This document shows, in pieces, positions 62,023 through 64,000 of a stretch of 64,000 bases of DNA (positions are counted from its first letter, which is position 1; every line of letters begins with the position of its first letter). Both the position numbers and the translations under genes were made by a program. The notes beneath the pieces are model-generated. The model was not told where the DNA came from. It did no database searches and worked only from the letters and a program-made list of their open reading frames with translations. The DNA comes from Candidatus Culexmicrobium cathedralense (lineage in GTDB: Archaea; Thermoproteota; Methanomethylicia; Culexarchaeales; Culexmicrobiaceae): assembly GCA_025061115.1 (NCBI GenBank), contig JANZKC010000004.1, positions 96,001 to 160,000 of the forward strand. The letters are read 5' to 3'.

Positions 62023-63805
62023 GCTTCAAGCTTCCATCACGGTCAACCAGTATGGCTTTGAACAAGTCTTCCATTTTCACCGTGCCTATCAAGTGCTCGG
62101 GAGGTATTTGCCAACATCCAGTCAAGGCGATTCCACACTCGTAATCTATGAGTGCCCTATGCACGTGGCCCATGATGAGCCAGTCAACGTGGCTGGACGC
62201 CTTATACTCAAGCATTGCACTCTTAACTACGTCAAGCTTCTCCTTAGGATTCAAAACAACCTTGTGGCCGTAGAGAGCCAGCGCAACTCTGCCGTCGGGA
62301 AGCCTAATCAGCAACTCCTCCTTAGCCCGCCTGTAAAGCCTGTAGAAGTCGAGCAGCACATTTGCGGTGCGGTTAGCTTCAAGCTGAGCTTCACCGGCGA
62401 AAATCAGCGATGAATGTGTCTGACCATAAGCTAATTCGTCCAAAGCCTTCAGGAAGCCACTTAAATCGCCGTCGCAGCACCCTCCAACAACGTGAACCGT
62501 GCACTTAACCCTCCTAACTGCGTCGAACAATAATGCTAGCTGGCTAATTGAGGGGCTGCCAAACCTAAAGTCGAAAACGTCGCCGAGCAAAATCAAGTGG
62601 CGAGGCGAAACCTTCAAGATGAAGCGGGCGAACTCCTCAAGCCTAGACTCAGCAGTCCACCCATGAACGTCAGAAGCAATAAGCGCAACCTCACCCCAAT
62701 CAATAACCAAATCGTAAAGGCTGCATTCATGCATGAATCCGCGCTCACCCATAGACTTCAACTGATTAAAATTGTGAAGAGCCCTAACATGCACGTCCTC
62801 AGCAAGCCTATGAGAGCCAAACCTAACGCAGCTCGGGCAGCTGCAAGCCAAATACTTGCATGAAGCATCAACCGCATCATCATCCACATACAATTTATGG
62901 CGAACAGCATCGAGATAATAGCTGTAGCCAGCCACGCTCAGCTTCTCAATACACCTAAAAACTTCGCGAACAAACCTCAAAGATGAAGGGCGAAGACCAC
63001 CAACAACAAGCAAACTCTCAACCCTACCAGCCAGCTCGTCGGCAAACCTGTAAAGAACATTCCTAGCATAAGCGTCAAACCTCAGCCGACCCAAATACTC
63101 AGAAGCATGAACACAGAAATTCCTAAAGCCAAACCTAAGCAGCATATCAACGCTAAACCTAATTTGATTCGAAGTATTCCCCTTAACCATAGCGATAACC
63201 GGCAAGTCAAGGTAAGAAAGCCTATAGGTAAGCTCCAGGCCCTTAACCAAGTTAACCCAAGACCAGTAAAGAGGCATGTCAACATAAACAGGCGCATCCC
63301 AACCAACAACCGCATCAAAACCACAAGCAACAGCAACCCAACAAAAAAGCCGAAAAACATCATCCCGAATAAGAAGCTCATCAGGCATAATCGAAGACAA
63401 AACAACAATCCCATCAAACCCCAAAAAACCATGAACACCCCTCTCAACAACCAAGCGAAAAACACCCAAATCCAAAAGATCAGTAAAAGGAACAATAACA
63501 GCATCAACACCCAAATCCCTCAAAAACCCACGCAAACCACCACTCCTCAACGAAACAATCGGAACCAACTCAGGCAACACAATAGACTTAACATCCCGCC
63601 TCTCCGCAGCCTTCACCCAATCAACCAAAGAATCAACCTCACTCCCAGACAAATCCCAAAAACAAAACCTAAACCCACACAACAAACACTCATCAACACC
63701 CCTCAACGCAGACCCAGAAACCCTACAACCAAACCTGCCAGAATAAGAACAAACACCAACAAAAGGACAACCAACACAACCACCATCACACCGCAAACGC
63801 AACAA
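61994..63805 (-). CDS. Cys-rich + TGT/DUF4417-like barrel + calcineurin-like metallophosphoesterase fusion
   Basis: FDAVVGWDAPVYVDMP..SWVNL, MVKG, CSCPSC...LHN; then ASDVHG, LLGDVFD, YGH, MGHVH. Confidence 0.65.
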   Translation of the reverse strand: MLRLRCDGGCVGCPFVGVCSYSGRFGCRVSGSALRGVDECLLCGFRFCFWDLSGSEVDSLVDWVKAAERRDVKSIVLPELVPIVSLRSGGLRGFLRDLGVDAVIVPFTDLLDLGVFRLVVERGVHGFLGFDGIVVLSSIMPDELLIRDDVFRLFCWVAVACGFDAVVGWDAPVYVDMPLYWSWVNLVKGLELTYRLSYLDLPVIAMVKGNTSNQIRFSVDMLLRFGFRNFCVHASEYLGRLRFDAYARNVLYRFADELAGRVESLLVVGGLRPSSLRFVREVFRCIEKLSVAGYSYYLDAVRHKLYVDDDAVDASCKYLACSCPSCVRFGSHRLAEDVHVRALHNFNQLKSMGERGFMHECSLYDLVIDWGEVALIASDVHGWTAESRLEEFARFILKVSPRHLILLGDVFDFRFGSPSISQLALLFDAVRRVKCTVHVVGGCCDGDLSGFLKALDELAYGQTHSSLIFAGEAQLEANRTANVLLDFYRLYRRAKEELLIRLPDGRVALALYGHKVVLNPKEKLDVVKSAMLEYKASSHVDWLIMGHVHRALIDYECGIALTGCWQIPPEHLIGTVKMEDLFKAILVDRDGSLKLVGESFGSV

Positions 63806-64000
63806 ACACCCAACCCCAAAATAAAATCAACAAAAACACTTTAAAAAATAATCACCAAAAACACAAAAATAAAACAACAATAAATCACAAAAAACTTATA
63901 TAGCCCAAGAAAAATTTCTAAAAGACGAAGCGCCCACACAAGACCAAAAGCAAGCATTTAAAAAATTAAACAAAAAATCAAAAAACATTAAAAAAGCCCG

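Noticed and set aside
63082-63844. Long alternative ORFs (63107-63844 +, 63082-63510 -), and similar ones at 36826-37273 and 59219-59467
   Set aside because: Low-complexity N/T/K/P/Q or L/F/G/V translations caused by strand skew, overlapping better-supported genes
12881-64000. Integrated element with tRNA att duplication, integrase or transposase
   Set aside because: No tRNA 3'-end repeat, recombinase or transposase motif found by eye; any boundary may lie outside the window

Overview
Archaeal DNA, most likely a TACK/Thermoproteota lineage (multi-intron tRNAs, egsA, FttA/aCPSF1, Cdc6, Hjc, Fae-Hps). Positions 1-12.9 kb are housekeeping, with six minus-strand tRNAs, three carrying introns. 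Positions 13-37 kb are accessory transport and hydrolase genes with many broken ORFs, plus a queT + ArcS-like (DUF5591) pair. Positions 37.5-64 kb form a defence island with toxin-antitoxin pairs and nucleases. Its core (43.7-58.9 kb) looks like an archaeal variant of the Dpd 7-deazaguanine DNA-modification/restriction system. It has a DpdA transglycosylase fused to a YaaA/DpdC-like domain, and a wHTH + BrxD-like ATPase + second, Zn-less TGT operon where dpdB would be expected. A divergent AT-rich operon encodes ATPase, coiled-coil protein, split DpdJ-like helicase and PLD nuclease (dpdH-I-J-K order). A third TGT-fold protein fused to a metallophosphoesterase lies 3 kb further on, coupled to a LAGLIDADG-like gene. 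All family calls come from motifs read by eye; no searches were run.
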